Shown here in pieces: positions 19,816 to 29,993 of a DNA stretch of 52,914 nt. Location: positions 12,016 to 64,929 of the forward strand of contig MFYG01000013.1 of the NCBI GenBank assembly GCA_001789045.1, given 5' to 3'. Each line of letters starts with the position of its first letter. Position 1 is the first letter of the stretch. The position numbers were made by a program, and so were the translations under genes. This stretch comes from Candidatus Peribacteria bacterium RIFCSPLOWO2_12_FULL_55_15 (lineage in GTDB: Bacteria; Patescibacteriota; Gracilibacteria; Peribacterales; Peribacteraceae). The notes under the pieces were generated by a model that saw only the letters and a program-made list of their open reading frames with translations, was not told the origin of the DNA and did no database searches.

Positions 19816-21062
19816 CCGAAGCCCACGACCGGGTGGCCTGGAACTCCTTCCTGGCCTCCCCCGCCCTACCAGATGGTCGTTCGGGCAGGCAACCATTCCG
19901 CCCCTTCCTCCAGAGCTGGGAGATGGGAGAGGTATACAGAGATGTAGGGAATGAGATCGTGCGACTTGAAATACGAGAAAGAAATGAGCTCATTGGTATC
20001 TGCTTTGGGCACATTGTGCCCGCGAGACGGGGGAGACATCTGAGCATTCCGTATGGACCAATCTTAGGGACTGGTGGCTGGGGATTGCTCCTCGAAGAAC
20101 TGACCCACTTCGCGAAAGACGCTGGCTGTACCTTCATCCGCATGAGTCCGTTCTTGCCACTACATCATGGTTCGACAGAGCTCACCATGACACAACAAGG
20201 CTTCCGCCCGTCACCCCTTCACCTTCTCGCAGAACATTTGTGGTATCTCCCTCTCGTGGAACCGGATCCGTGGGCTAACACGTGTCACACTGAGCCTGTC
20301 GAAGTGTCGACACACGCCGGCAACGGTCTCCTTCGACGAGCTCAGGATGACACGTTGCCAATGACCAAGGAAGATATTTTCAAGGAAATGCGCGCAACGA
20401 CCCGCAACCTCATTCGCCGCGCGGAGAATGAGGACGTGACGATCACAGTCTCCGACGACCCCATCCGCGACATGCCGCTCTTCCTCGCGCTCCACGACGA
20501 AACACGTAAACGCCATGGCTTCACCCCATACACCGATGCCTTCTTCCACGCCCAACTGAAACACTTTCCAAGTCCCAGTTCCCAGTTCCCAGTTCCCAGT
20601 TCCCCCTCCTGCTCCCTCTACCTCGCTCACTACCAGAACGAAGTCATCGCCGCATCCATCCACATGCACTTTGCCGGAGAGACGAGCTACCACCATGGAG
20701 CAAGTTCGCAGAAATATCGGAACATTCCCGCAAGCTATCTCCTCCAGTGGCACGCAATCCAAGATGCACTTGCCCGCAGCGATCACATCTACAATTTCTG
20801 GGGCATTGCCCCACTATCGCGCGACGAGCAGGCAATTTTTTTACAGGAAAAGCAGCCGAAGGGCTCATGGGGCATTCCCTTATCGCCCTGTAAAAAAATT
20901 GCCTGCCCAGCACGGCATCCATTCGCTGGTGTGACAACATTCAAAACCGGCTTCGGCGGTAAGCTCCTCGAACTCCAGCACTGCATGGACCTTCCCCTCT
21001 CGCCCACCTACTACCTCACACGATCTTTCGAAACGCTCCGCAAGTGGCGACGGGGATTCTGA
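19803..21062 (+). CDS. FemAB/FemX-family peptidoglycan bridge aminoacyltransferase
   Basis: FLQSWE, PYGP, TRNLIRRA, YHHGAS, YNFWGI, FKTGFGG. Confidence 0.88.
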   Translation: MPTVTEAHDRVAWNSFLASPALPDGRSGRQPFRPFLQSWEMGEVYRDVGNEIVRLEIRERNELIGICFGHIVPARRGRHLSIPYGPILGTGGWGLLLEELTHFAKDAGCTFIRMSPFLPLHHGSTELTMTQQGFRPSPLHLLAEHLWYLPLVEPDPWANTCHTEPVEVSTHAGNGLLRRAQDDTLPMTKEDIFKEMRATTRNLIRRAENEDVTITVSDDPIRDMPLFLALHDETRKRHGFTPYTDAFFHAQLKHFPSPSSQFPVPSSPSCSLYLAHYQNEVIAASIHMHFAGETSYHHGASSQKYRNIPASYLLQWHAIQDALARSDHIYNFWGIAPLSRDEQAIFLQEKQPKGSWGIPLSPCKKIACPARHPFAGVTTFKTGFGGKLLELQHCMDLPLSPTYYLTRSFETLRKWRRGF

Positions 21063-21074
21063 TACAATTACTCC

Positions 21075-21383
21075 ATGCCTAAACTACAGAGCACACAACA
21101 GGAACCAACTCATACAAAAGAGACCATCGAACAAAAACTCGACCGCATCGCGGAATCACTCTCTCGCCTCGATCGACGTGACAAAATCCGTACCTCATGG
21201 ATGACCATTCGCAGTATCATCAGCATAATCCCCCTCCTCGCTATCATCGGAGGGGCGCTCTACCTCTATTGGAAAGGGGACGATCTCCTCCAGAACTTCA
21301 CGGGTACTCTCGCAAAACAATTCCAGATCCATGGTCTCCAAACGGGTCCACTCCTGAAACAGTTTGAACAATTTCTCCGCTAA
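21075..21383 (+). CDS. Small hypothetical membrane protein
   Basis: ORF with one TM helix; TACAAT just upstream. Confidence 0.65.
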   Translation: MPKLQSTQQEPTHTKETIEQKLDRIAESLSRLDRRDKIRTSWMTIRSIISIIPLLAIIGGALYLYWKGDDLLQNFTGTLAKQFQIHGLQTGPLLKQFEQFLR

Positions 21384-22762
21384 TTCCCTTTCACAATCCG
21401 CACAATGTCGTCTTCCGTCATCCCCTTCGAGACGAGATAGCTCGGGAGACGCAGGAATTGGGACCGCGTGAATGCGCGTTCGGGCACGGAACCGACGCCG
21501 AGAAGGTATCCCGCCTTCGCCGCATGCTGCATCACCCGCTCATTCACTCCCCCGGAAGGATAGAGGACAGCGAAGACGGTTTTCTTCGTGAGATCCTCCA
21601 GAAGCCGTCGGCTCTGAAGGAATTCAGCATCGAGTTGGGAATCCGTAAGGGACCGGAGATCTTCGCCAGTGTGCCCCTCAGATTGGACATCAAATCCATT
21701 TGCCAGCAACGTGAGAAGCATCTTCTCCGTCACTCCGACAAGTCCGACATTCTTCGTCGAAAGAAAGAGTGTTGCACGGACGCCAACAGAGGAAAGAGCA
21801 TCGGAAACCTCCCGCACATTTTCCCCTGTCACCCCGGAAATAGCGATAAGCACACCTCGCGGCGGCAAACGGACATCACGCTTCTCCTGACGGAGGAGAA
21901 CATCGTAGAAATCACGGAACGTGAGGAACGTCACCCCCTGCCCCCGCAGCTTCTCTGTGTGAGAAAGAAGCGCATCAATACCATGGGATTCCGTGAGAGA
22001 GTATTGGAGAATGGGCAGGGTATACACATCCTGTCGCACAAGGAAATTCGGGAAGAAAGGTGAGAGGTACTGACGCGCGACGTAGCCCTCCTTCCCCTGG
22101 AAAGGAATTCGTGCCCACACAGAATCCATACTGATCGGACGAACGATGGCCTGTCCGGCGAGCTCCCCAAACTTCTCGCTTTGCTGATCCGGCGAGCGCC
22201 GCACGTTGACGAAACCAAAATCGACAAAGTACATCCCATCGAATTCCTTCTTCTCTTCTGGAAGCCTTGCGTCCGTTGTCAGCCTGGCAATATAACGCTG
22301 TGCGACGAACCCTTCCTTACCATCGGAAAGTTTTACGCGCGCCCATGCCGCATCCGTAAAATCGAGAACAGTCACTGCATCACCATGCACAAGCCGTTTC
22401 ACAATGGAAGCAGTCACACGGGACTCCGTGCGAACATTGAGAAACTCATTCGTCACCCGATACACCTCTGCATCTGTATCGGTATCTGCTCGCATGTCCT
22501 CATGCGCCTCATTAAGAGAGAAGTAAACAGTGTCATCATCATCCGAAACGGCATCTAGCGGTTCGAGGTACGGAATACCAAGTGTCCCCGTCTCCGACTC
22601 TCTTGAACGAGCTTGCTGTGCCAGTTCACGAAAACGCACGACATCCTCAGCAGTGAAGGTGAACTCCTCTTCGACGTCATCCGGTCCTTGCACACGACCA
22701 CAACCGGACAGGACGACGGCCGAACACACGATGAGAGCGAGGAGGAAACGCATAGAGAGCAT
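21380..22762 (-). CDS. Lipoprotein with two SH3_3 domains and a degenerate polysaccharide deacetylase domain
   Basis: Lipobox LSGC; two LNVR/VNVR...W...GxEG(F/Y)V repeats; ATLF, SEGHTG, YPSG. Confidence 0.78.
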   Translation of the reverse strand: MLSMRFLLALIVCSAVVLSGCGRVQGPDDVEEEFTFTAEDVVRFRELAQQARSRESETGTLGIPYLEPLDAVSDDDDTVYFSLNEAHEDMRADTDTDAEVYRVTNEFLNVRTESRVTASIVKRLVHGDAVTVLDFTDAAWARVKLSDGKEGFVAQRYIARLTTDARLPEEKKEFDGMYFVDFGFVNVRRSPDQQSEKFGELAGQAIVRPISMDSVWARIPFQGKEGYVARQYLSPFFPNFLVRQDVYTLPILQYSLTESHGIDALLSHTEKLRGQGVTFLTFRDFYDVLLRQEKRDVRLPPRGVLIAISGVTGENVREVSDALSSVGVRATLFLSTKNVGLVGVTEKMLLTLLANGFDVQSEGHTGEDLRSLTDSQLDAEFLQSRRLLEDLTKKTVFAVLYPSGGVNERVMQHAAKAGYLLGVGSVPERAFTRSQFLRLPSYLVSKGMTEDDIVRIVKGN

Positions 22763-22767
22763 GGGTA

Positions 22768-24462
22768 CTACATACGATCAGGAACCTGGAGTGTCAGGAG
22801 CCCGGCTCCTGTACGAAGAACGGATGCAGTACATGACGTGAAGAACAAGCGCATATCGCGCACAGATGACGTTGCAGTGAGAATGGGATCAACATTGTAG
22901 AAGGCATTATACGCCTGGCAGAGCTGGTAGAGATACTGGCAAAGTTTATGCGGCATGCGATCATCCCGAGACTCCTGGAGCACAGAGGGGAACTGCAAGA
23001 GTTGAACAACAAGAGAGCGTTCTGTTGGTGTTAGAGATGCTACGTTGGCGATGGCTCCTTCCCCTCCGGCTTTGCGTAGAACCGATCGCGCACGGGCATA
23101 GGTATACTGGAAATACGGAGCGCTATTCCCATCAAAACTGAGGAAGCGATCCCAATCGAAGATAATGTCCATCTTCCTGTTCTGACTGAGAATACCGTAC
23201 ACAAGAGCGCCTGTGCCCATCATTTCCGCAAGCGCATTTCGGTCATCAGTCTGAATAGTGTCACGATGTTGATCAATCACAGAACCTGCACGGTCCACCG
23301 CCTCGTCGAGCACGTGTTCCAGTTTGAGAATTGTCCCCTTCCGTGTGCTCATTTCTACATCAGCAAAGCGCATGCGACCGAAAACGACGTGCTCGAGATG
23401 CGGAACCTCCCACTGTAGCTGCCGCGCAGTGGCAAAAAGTTGCTGGAAGTAAAGGGATTGTGCGCTGTCAACAACATGGAGAATGGCTGAAGGGTGCCAA
23501 CGATCAATACGATCACGCATGAGTGCAAGATCGCGCGTAAAGTAAACAGTCGAACCATCCGACTTCAATACGACTGCCGTCGGCAGATTCTCCTGAAAAA
23601 AATCAATAATGAGTGCGCCACGCTCACCCTCTCGAAATACTCCCTTTCGTTTCCCTTCATCAAGAATGGACCCAATCTTCCCCTCATACGCACTCTCGCC
23701 AAGACCAACATCGAAATGGACCCGTAACCGCTGGTACACCTGATCATTTGCATGCTTCGTGATAGCAACAAATGCTTCCCAGATCAAACGGAGCTTCGGA
23801 TCGCCACTCTCCAACTTTTTGAATGCCTCCTGTGCAGAAGACTCAAGAGAAACATCGCGCTCTGCCTCTTCATGAAAACGAACGTAGAGCGCAAGAAGCT
23901 CATCGAGTGTGAACGATTCTGGTAGACGTCTGCCTCCCCATCGCTCGTACGCCACAGCAAGCTTTCCATACTGGGTACCCCAGTCACCAATGTAATTCCA
24001 CCGCACCACAGGATATCCTGCATGAACATACAGGTTTCCCAGCGTCTGACCAATTATAGTGCTGAGAATATGGTGAATCCCAAGAGGCTTGGCGATATTC
24101 GGTGAAGAGTAATCGATAATGACCGGTGCACGATCGCAATGGAGAGGCAGTGGTGAACACACTTGATGCACCACACCAAGCTCTTCTATAAGAAAAGATG
24201 AAGTAAACCACACGTTGACATATCCCGCTCCGGCGACGTCGCAGCGCTCGACGCCGCGGCACTTCTGCACCTCGCAAGCAAGACGTTCCGCAATCGCCAC
24301 AGGTGATTGACGAAGACGCTTTGCAAGATGAAAGGCAAGAGGGGTAGCGGTATCCCCATAATCCTGGAACGGGAACTCCCAACGGATATCCACCTCTGTG
24401 AGTCCCCATTCCCGATAAAGGAACACTGAGAGAGCCTCCGTGAGTAATGCGCAGATAGCCAT
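22768..24462 (-). CDS. argS: Arginyl-tRNA synthetase
   Basis: YGD, AGAGYVN, DYSSPNIAKP, GDWGTQ, MSTRKG, GNSAPYFQY, C-terminal RM; start approximate. Confidence 0.95.
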   Translation of the reverse strand: MAICALLTEALSVFLYREWGLTEVDIRWEFPFQDYGDTATPLAFHLAKRLRQSPVAIAERLACEVQKCRGVERCDVAGAGYVNVWFTSSFLIEELGVVHQVCSPLPLHCDRAPVIIDYSSPNIAKPLGIHHILSTIIGQTLGNLYVHAGYPVVRWNYIGDWGTQYGKLAVAYERWGGRRLPESFTLDELLALYVRFHEEAERDVSLESSAQEAFKKLESGDPKLRLIWEAFVAITKHANDQVYQRLRVHFDVGLGESAYEGKIGSILDEGKRKGVFREGERGALIIDFFQENLPTAVVLKSDGSTVYFTRDLALMRDRIDRWHPSAILHVVDSAQSLYFQQLFATARQLQWEVPHLEHVVFGRMRFADVEMSTRKGTILKLEHVLDEAVDRAGSVIDQHRDTIQTDDRNALAEMMGTGALVYGILSQNRKMDIIFDWDRFLSFDGNSAPYFQYTYARARSVLRKAGGEGAIANVASLTPTERSLVVQLLQFPSVLQESRDDRMPHKLCQYLYQLCQAYNAFYNVDPILTATSSVRDMRLFFTSCTASVLRTGAGLLTLQVPDRM

Positions 24463-24496
24463 GGAAACCGCGCAAACTATACCATAGAATGAGACG

Positions 24497-25321
24497 GTGT
24501 CCCCCTCCCTGAGAATTCTCACACTGCAAACACTCTGTCTCCTCCTTCTCTTGGGATGTCGCTCATCGCCAAAACAAAAAGAAGGACAAACGCTCCATAA
24601 TGCCAGAGATGCGACAGTGTACGTCACCATCGTTACCCGTGCACTCGCCTCACTTCCTCTCCCCACTCGACCAAGTGCATCACTCGGCATTCACCTGAGC
24701 ACATACCTCAGTAAATTGGAAACCACAGTCCATGGCGCACTTGAGAACACAGCCATCATCTACACACTCGCGCGAACTTCCGACACAACCGAAACACCAT
24801 TCATGACCATTCAGACCTTGGGGAATCTTATACAGACGAACATTGTAGAGGCCATGAACAAAAATCCGGAGCGAGGAGATGTCCTGAACCGCCATCTAAC
24901 ACTCCTCCGCTCCACACTGCAGAATGCACAGAAAGACAAAAGGAATTTAGAGGACAGTCTACACCAACTGGTGGGAAAGGAACGAGAGCAACGCAATACT
25001 CTCCGCACTCTTCAAAAGGAAATCAATGCAGCTGAGAAAGCCATCGATTTCCAAGCAGTGGGATTCCATCAGAGAGCACTGAGAGAAGCAAAGGGAGAAC
25101 ATGGAAAAACCGAAGCATCGCTTGATGAACTGGAGAAAACCATGGAAATCCTCGATGACCTCACCAGCCTCGCTGAAGAGCGACTAAATGCCATCGAAGA
25201 GAACCGAAAAGCTCTGATGGCTGGCATTCGGGTTGTGGAAATCCCCGGCCTGGGAACCTCACCCCGCCGCTCTCGAAGACAGGAACGCGGTGGGGGTCTG
25301 CTTGATTTTTCTGACCTTTAG
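24497..25321 (+). CDS. Hypothetical coiled-coil lipoprotein
   Basis: Lipobox LLGC; long heptad-rich region. Confidence 0.65.
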   Translation: MSPSLRILTLQTLCLLLLLGCRSSPKQKEGQTLHNARDATVYVTIVTRALASLPLPTRPSASLGIHLSTYLSKLETTVHGALENTAIIYTLARTSDTTETPFMTIQTLGNLIQTNIVEAMNKNPERGDVLNRHLTLLRSTLQNAQKDKRNLEDSLHQLVGKEREQRNTLRTLQKEINAAEKAIDFQAVGFHQRALREAKGEHGKTEASLDELEKTMEILDDLTSLAEERLNAIEENRKALMAGIRVVEIPGLGTSPRRSRRQERGGGLLDFSDL

Positions 25322-25380
25322 TGTCTTCGAAACATGCCTATGCCTTGAAAAGACAGTGTTTTTCTGGCAAAATGGAAGGA

Positions 25381-27420
25381 ATGCCCGAAGAAACCATAAT
25401 CAATCCGGCCGCACCCGAACCACCTACCCCTCCTATTACTATCGCTGCAACGAAAAAAAAGCTGTCTCTTTTTGATCTCGATGCTGTTCTTGGCCTCCAC
25501 GAAAAAGCAGATCACGCACGGGAAAAAGGGAAACTCACACCCGAGGAACGACAGATTCTCAAACATTACCAGGAAGGGATCCAGAAAATGCTGGATATTA
25601 TCGCGCCAGCCGCCATGGATGTTCGCAAGAAAGACATCATCCTCAACGACACATACGTCAGAACACTCTACGTCTACAACTGGCCTAACTTCATCTACCC
25701 CAATTGGCTCGCGCCCCTCGTGAACTTCGATGCAAAACTCGACATCGCACACTTCATCTATCCGGCAGACAACAAGGCCATTATGCGCATGCTCCGGAAG
25801 AAGGTGACGGAAATTCGTTCTTCGATCCGTATGTTGGAGCAACGCGGCATTGTACGAGACCCAACGCTGGAGGCCGCACTCCAAGATGCAGAGGAACTAC
25901 GCGATCTCCTCGCTAGAGGGCAGGAAAAACTCTTCCAACTCGGGATGTATGTAACAATCTATGCAGACTCGGAAGAGAAAATGAAGAAATTCCAGACCGA
26001 CATTGAATCTATCCTCGGCGGCAAGCTCGTTCTCACAAAACCTGCCATGTTCCAGATGGAACACGGGTGGACGAGCACACTCCCGCTCTGCCTCGACGAA
26101 CTCGAAATCAACCGAAACATGAATACCTCTCCACTCGCTGCAAGTTTTCCATTTTCCAGCAGCGACTTTTCCGAAGATAAAGGCATCCTCTACGGCATCA
26201 ATCGCCACAATAACAGCTTGGTTATTTTCGACCGCTTCGACCTCCCGAATGCCAATGCGAATATTTTCGCGACATCCGGAGCAGGAAAATCCTTCACAGC
26301 GAAGATGGAACTGCTCCGGTACCTCATGACCGGAACAGAGATTCTAGTCATCGATCCGGAAAATGAATACACGAATCTCTGCGAAGCGGTCGATGGGACG
26401 TTCATTCCAATCTCCATCCAAAGCTCAGCGCGCATCAACCCTTTTGACCTCCCGAAAGCTATCCGCGGAGAAGAGGCATCGCCAGGAGAAGTCCTCCGCT
26501 CTGCCATCATCAGCCTCCATGGACTCTTCAAACTCATGCTTGGAACACTTACGCCTTCAGAAGAAGGTGTTCTCGACAAGGCGATCATTGATACCTACGC
26601 GCTCCACGGCATTACCATGGACAATGCGCTACAGGAAACACCCCCTCCAACACTCCATGACCTTGTCGATGTGCTCCTCACCACAAATGGGGGAGAAAAC
26701 ATAGCACGCACATTACAGAAATACACCACAGGAAGCTTCGCTGGCCTCTTCGATCAGCCGACAAACCTGGAACTCGACAGTCACATGGTCGTCTTCCAAA
26801 TCCGTGATTTGGAGGAACAGTTACGACCAATCGCCATGTACATCGTCCTCAATTTCGTCTGGAACAAGGTGCGCTCAGAATTCAAGCAACGCATCCTCGT
26901 GGTGGATGAGGCATGGAACCTCATGCAATACGAAGATTCCGCACGCTTCCTGTACAGCATCATCAAGCGCGCACGGAAATACTTCCTCGGAGTGACAACC
27001 ATTACCCAAGATGTCGATGATTTCGTAGAATCCCCTTATGGGCACCCTATTATTACAAACTCAGCCCTCCAGATCCTCATGAAACAATCCCCTGCAACAG
27101 TAGATAGCATCCAGAAACTCTTCTACCTCACTGATGGGGAAAAATACCTACTCATGAATTCCGATATCGGACAGGGGATTCTCTTTGCTGGCTACAAGCA
27201 CGTCGCAATCCAATTCGTCGCAGGACCAGAGGAAACTGCCCTTATCACCACTAAACCGCAGGACATCATAGAACAAAAACAACAAGCTCAACGCTCCATG
27301 GAACCTTCTCAACCGCCAATCCCAGAACCACCATCCAAACTAACAGCGCCCAATGGAGAAGAATCGGAACCACACCCAACCGAAGGAGAAGAGTCATCCG
27401 ACGGAACAACCGTCCAATGA
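25381..27420 (+). CDS. VirB4/TraC-like ATPase
   Basis: GILYGIN, ATSGAGKS, IDPENEY, INPFD, VVDEAW, RARKY, TQ. Confidence 0.9.
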   Translation: MPEETIINPAAPEPPTPPITIAATKKKLSLFDLDAVLGLHEKADHAREKGKLTPEERQILKHYQEGIQKMLDIIAPAAMDVRKKDIILNDTYVRTLYVYNWPNFIYPNWLAPLVNFDAKLDIAHFIYPADNKAIMRMLRKKVTEIRSSIRMLEQRGIVRDPTLEAALQDAEELRDLLARGQEKLFQLGMYVTIYADSEEKMKKFQTDIESILGGKLVLTKPAMFQMEHGWTSTLPLCLDELEINRNMNTSPLAASFPFSSSDFSEDKGILYGINRHNNSLVIFDRFDLPNANANIFATSGAGKSFTAKMELLRYLMTGTEILVIDPENEYTNLCEAVDGTFIPISIQSSARINPFDLPKAIRGEEASPGEVLRSAIISLHGLFKLMLGTLTPSEEGVLDKAIIDTYALHGITMDNALQETPPPTLHDLVDVLLTTNGGENIARTLQKYTTGSFAGLFDQPTNLELDSHMVVFQIRDLEEQLRPIAMYIVLNFVWNKVRSEFKQRILVVDEAWNLMQYEDSARFLYSIIKRARKYFLGVTTITQDVDDFVESPYGHPIITNSALQILMKQSPATVDSIQKLFYLTDGEKYLLMNSDIGQGILFAGYKHVAIQFVAGPEETALITTKPQDIIEQKQQAQRSMEPSQPPIPEPPSKLTAPNGEESEPHPTEGEESSDGTTVQ

Positions 27421-28361
27421 ACACTCGACTGGAGCCGCCCCGGGACCGCAAATCCCGCCGCTCGCCGGTGCCCCCCTCCACGGAGACGACTTGCCATTGC
27501 ATTGACATCAATATCATCACGGAGTGTACGCAGCGATCCCTTCACCACTCCATCACGTTCCGAGAGCACGAGAGAAAACCGCATCCCAGGAACAGCATTC
27601 ACATAATCAATAGCGCCAGAGAGTTCCGAATACTCTGCTCCTGTGGAACGGAAATCCCCCTCCGTTACAGCGGAGATTGCCCCACCAACGTCCGAAATCG
27701 TAATTTTCTCGAGCACTCTCCCCCACAGACGAAGCGTACTAGGCTTCACCGTGCGGAAGACAGAACTTACAACAAGCTGATGTCGTGCACCGGAACGCAT
27801 AAGTTCAGAGACAGTCCGGTATACTTCCGCCGTCGTGTTGCTATGAAGAAGACCCCCGGTATCGGTATACACCCCCATGAGAAGACATGTTGCACTATCG
27901 GTATCAAGAGACCATGACCACTCCCTCGCAAGTTGAAAAACAATCTCGCACGTTGACGAAGCTGCCGGAATGATGATGTTCACTGTTCCAAAACCAGGAT
28001 TACTCACATGATGATCGATCAGGAGAACAGGAAAATCTCCACGGAAGAGTGAAGGGTGTTTCTCACTGTACCCCGTAAGCTTCGGCTCAGCACAATCGAG
28101 GAAAATCACTGCATCACCCGGTTGTGGGAGAAGGTCTGACCGAACACGCCAAACACCTGGAAGAAAACGAAACGTCTCCGGCACAGCATCAATGCAATGG
28201 AAGAGCACAGGCACATTCACAAGATGCTGCTCAAGAAGCAGACCCATACTTAGAAGCGAGCCGATAGCATCTCCATCGGGCGCACGATGGCAAATACAAA
28301 GCACACGCCTCGCCTTTGTGATCAACGACAGTGCCTGTTGTACATCGTGTGCGCGGATCAT
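27309..28361 (-). CDS. nrnA: DHH/DHHA1 phosphoesterase (NrnA-like)
   Basis: HRAPDGDAIGS, IDHH, TDTG, SLR, GGGHRRAAG. Confidence 0.9.
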   Translation of the reverse strand: MIRAHDVQQALSLITKARRVLCICHRAPDGDAIGSLLSMGLLLEQHLVNVPVLFHCIDAVPETFRFLPGVWRVRSDLLPQPGDAVIFLDCAEPKLTGYSEKHPSLFRGDFPVLLIDHHVSNPGFGTVNIIIPAASSTCEIVFQLAREWSWSLDTDSATCLLMGVYTDTGGLLHSNTTAEVYRTVSELMRSGARHQLVVSSVFRTVKPSTLRLWGRVLEKITISDVGGAISAVTEGDFRSTGAEYSELSGAIDYVNAVPGMRFSLVLSERDGVVKGSLRTLRDDIDVNAMASRLRGGGHRRAAGFAVPGRLQSSVHWTVVPSDDSSPSVGCGSDSSPLGAVSLDGGSGIGG

Positions 28362-28465
28362 AGGGGAAAGACTCGAGGCTATGTCGAGTGAGCTCGAACA
28401 GCAATACATCTACGAAGAGTTGGTGTTGCTGTGATAGAAAAACTCATGTGCGCTACACTGCATCC

Positions 28466-29404
28466 GTGAGTTCACTGTTCCACATCGTGTTTTGCGGAAC
28501 GCCGATCTTCGCTGTCCCCGCACTCAAGGCTCTCACGGAAGATCCGGCTTTTATTGTGGATCTCGTCATAACACAACCCGATCGTCCAGTGGGCCGCAAG
28601 CACCTCATGACATCGCCACCAGTGAAGATTGCAGCAGAGCAGCTAGGCTTGCCCATATTCCAACCACAGAACATCAACAAAGAATTGTTACCCTATCTCC
28701 ATTCTCCAGCCTTCGCCAAGGCTTCGGCCGGCAAGCAATTTTCAATGATCAATTTTCAATTTCTTGTTGTCGTCGCGTACGGCCAAATCCTCTCCAAAGA
28801 AATTCTTGACCTCCCACGCATTGCCCCAGTGAATCTCCATGCTTCGCTCCTCCCCAGATGGCGTGGCGCCTCTCCCATCGAACACGCAATCCTCGCAGGA
28901 GATCAGAAAACAGGAGTCACCATTCAGCGTATGGTAGAAACCCTCGATGCAGGACCGATCTTGGCACAGAAGACAATAGACATTGACCCACGGGAGACGA
29001 CTGAAACTCTCCGCCTACGCCTAGCACAGCTTGGTACGCTACTCCTTACTGAAACACTGAAAAATCCTCTCTCACCAACCCCACAAGAAAAAACCGGAGT
29101 AACCCTCTGTTACAAGCTCACACGGAATTCCGGCATCATCGATCCCAAGCAGATGACTGCGGTAGACCTCGATCGCCACGTGCGCGCACTCGCAGAAGAG
29201 CCTGGGATCCATTGCACAATTGATGGCTTCCCTCTCCGCATCCTTCAAACAAAAATTCATCCCTCCAAAGGGGCAATACCGCTCTCCTGTACAGAGGGAA
29301 CAACAGTGTACATTGCAAAAGTCCAACCACCCGGAAAAAATGGCATGACAGGGGATGCCTGGCTGCGTGGACACAGGAGAAGGAGACAACAATACTATGG
29401 GTGA
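28466..29404 (+). CDS. fmt: Methionyl-tRNA formyltransferase
   Basis: FCGTP, TQPDRPVGR, VAYG, NLHASLLPRWRGASPI, LDAGP. Confidence 0.95.
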   Translation: MSSLFHIVFCGTPIFAVPALKALTEDPAFIVDLVITQPDRPVGRKHLMTSPPVKIAAEQLGLPIFQPQNINKELLPYLHSPAFAKASAGKQFSMINFQFLVVVAYGQILSKEILDLPRIAPVNLHASLLPRWRGASPIEHAILAGDQKTGVTIQRMVETLDAGPILAQKTIDIDPRETTETLRLRLAQLGTLLLTETLKNPLSPTPQEKTGVTLCYKLTRNSGIIDPKQMTAVDLDRHVRALAEEPGIHCTIDGFPLRILQTKIHPSKGAIPLSCTEGTTVYIAKVQPPGKNGMTGDAWLRGHRRRRQQYYG

Positions 29405-29618
29405 TGTGGCAAGTACCCCATATACGGAGCACGTTGCCAAGGGGCAAGTTCTCGGACTCATCGAGAGCTACCACGATGGCACGTTCCGTCCCGCTCAACA
29501 GATCACACGGGCCGAAGCGGCAAAAATCATCTACATCATCATGATCAGCAACCCCGGAGTGAATGGGTACATTGTCCTACCTACACATGACTCTTCATCT
29601 CCTGGAATGCCTGAATGA
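29397..29618 (+). CDS. Single SLH-domain ORF, possibly a gene remnant
   Basis: GLIESYHDGTFRPAQQITRAEAAKII; AGGAGA upstream. Confidence 0.55.
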   Translation: MGDVASTPYTEHVAKGQVLGLIESYHDGTFRPAQQITRAEAAKIIYIIMISNPGVNGYIVLPTHDSSSPGMPE

Positions 29619-29868
29619 ACTGATCAAGATCTTCGACATCGAACATTATCGTGGTCTTCTGCCCTCCACGAGACTTCTCCGAGATCTTGAAAAACTTCCC
29701 ATTCGACGACTGCTTAAGATCGACGTAGAACGTGCGCTGGCGCGCATGAATCGTAATAGAGTGTACGTCATCCGCAAACTGCCGCCCTTGTTGCGGGGCA
29801 CGAACGCTACTGGGAACACTATCATCGGAACTCTGCGAACCCTGAAGATCGGACATGGGATCGAACAT
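29581..29868 (-). CDS. PUR-repeat/DUF3276 nucleic-acid-binding protein
   Basis: RTFYVDLKQSSNGKFFKISE...IMFDVEDL. Confidence 0.8.
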   Translation of the reverse strand: MFDPMSDLQGSQSSDDSVPSSVRAPQQGRQFADDVHSITIHARQRTFYVDLKQSSNGKFFKISEKSRGGQKTTIMFDVEDLDQFIQAFQEMKSHV

Positions 29869-29993
29869 AGAGAAAGGGTAAAAGAGGTAAAAAGCTCGCC
29901 CCCTTCGCCACTCCACTCACAGCAAACGCTGATCGGTATCGTGTGTACGAGAGCGTTCTCAGTGTAGCGGAAGAGCTCCTCCATGCAATGCCT

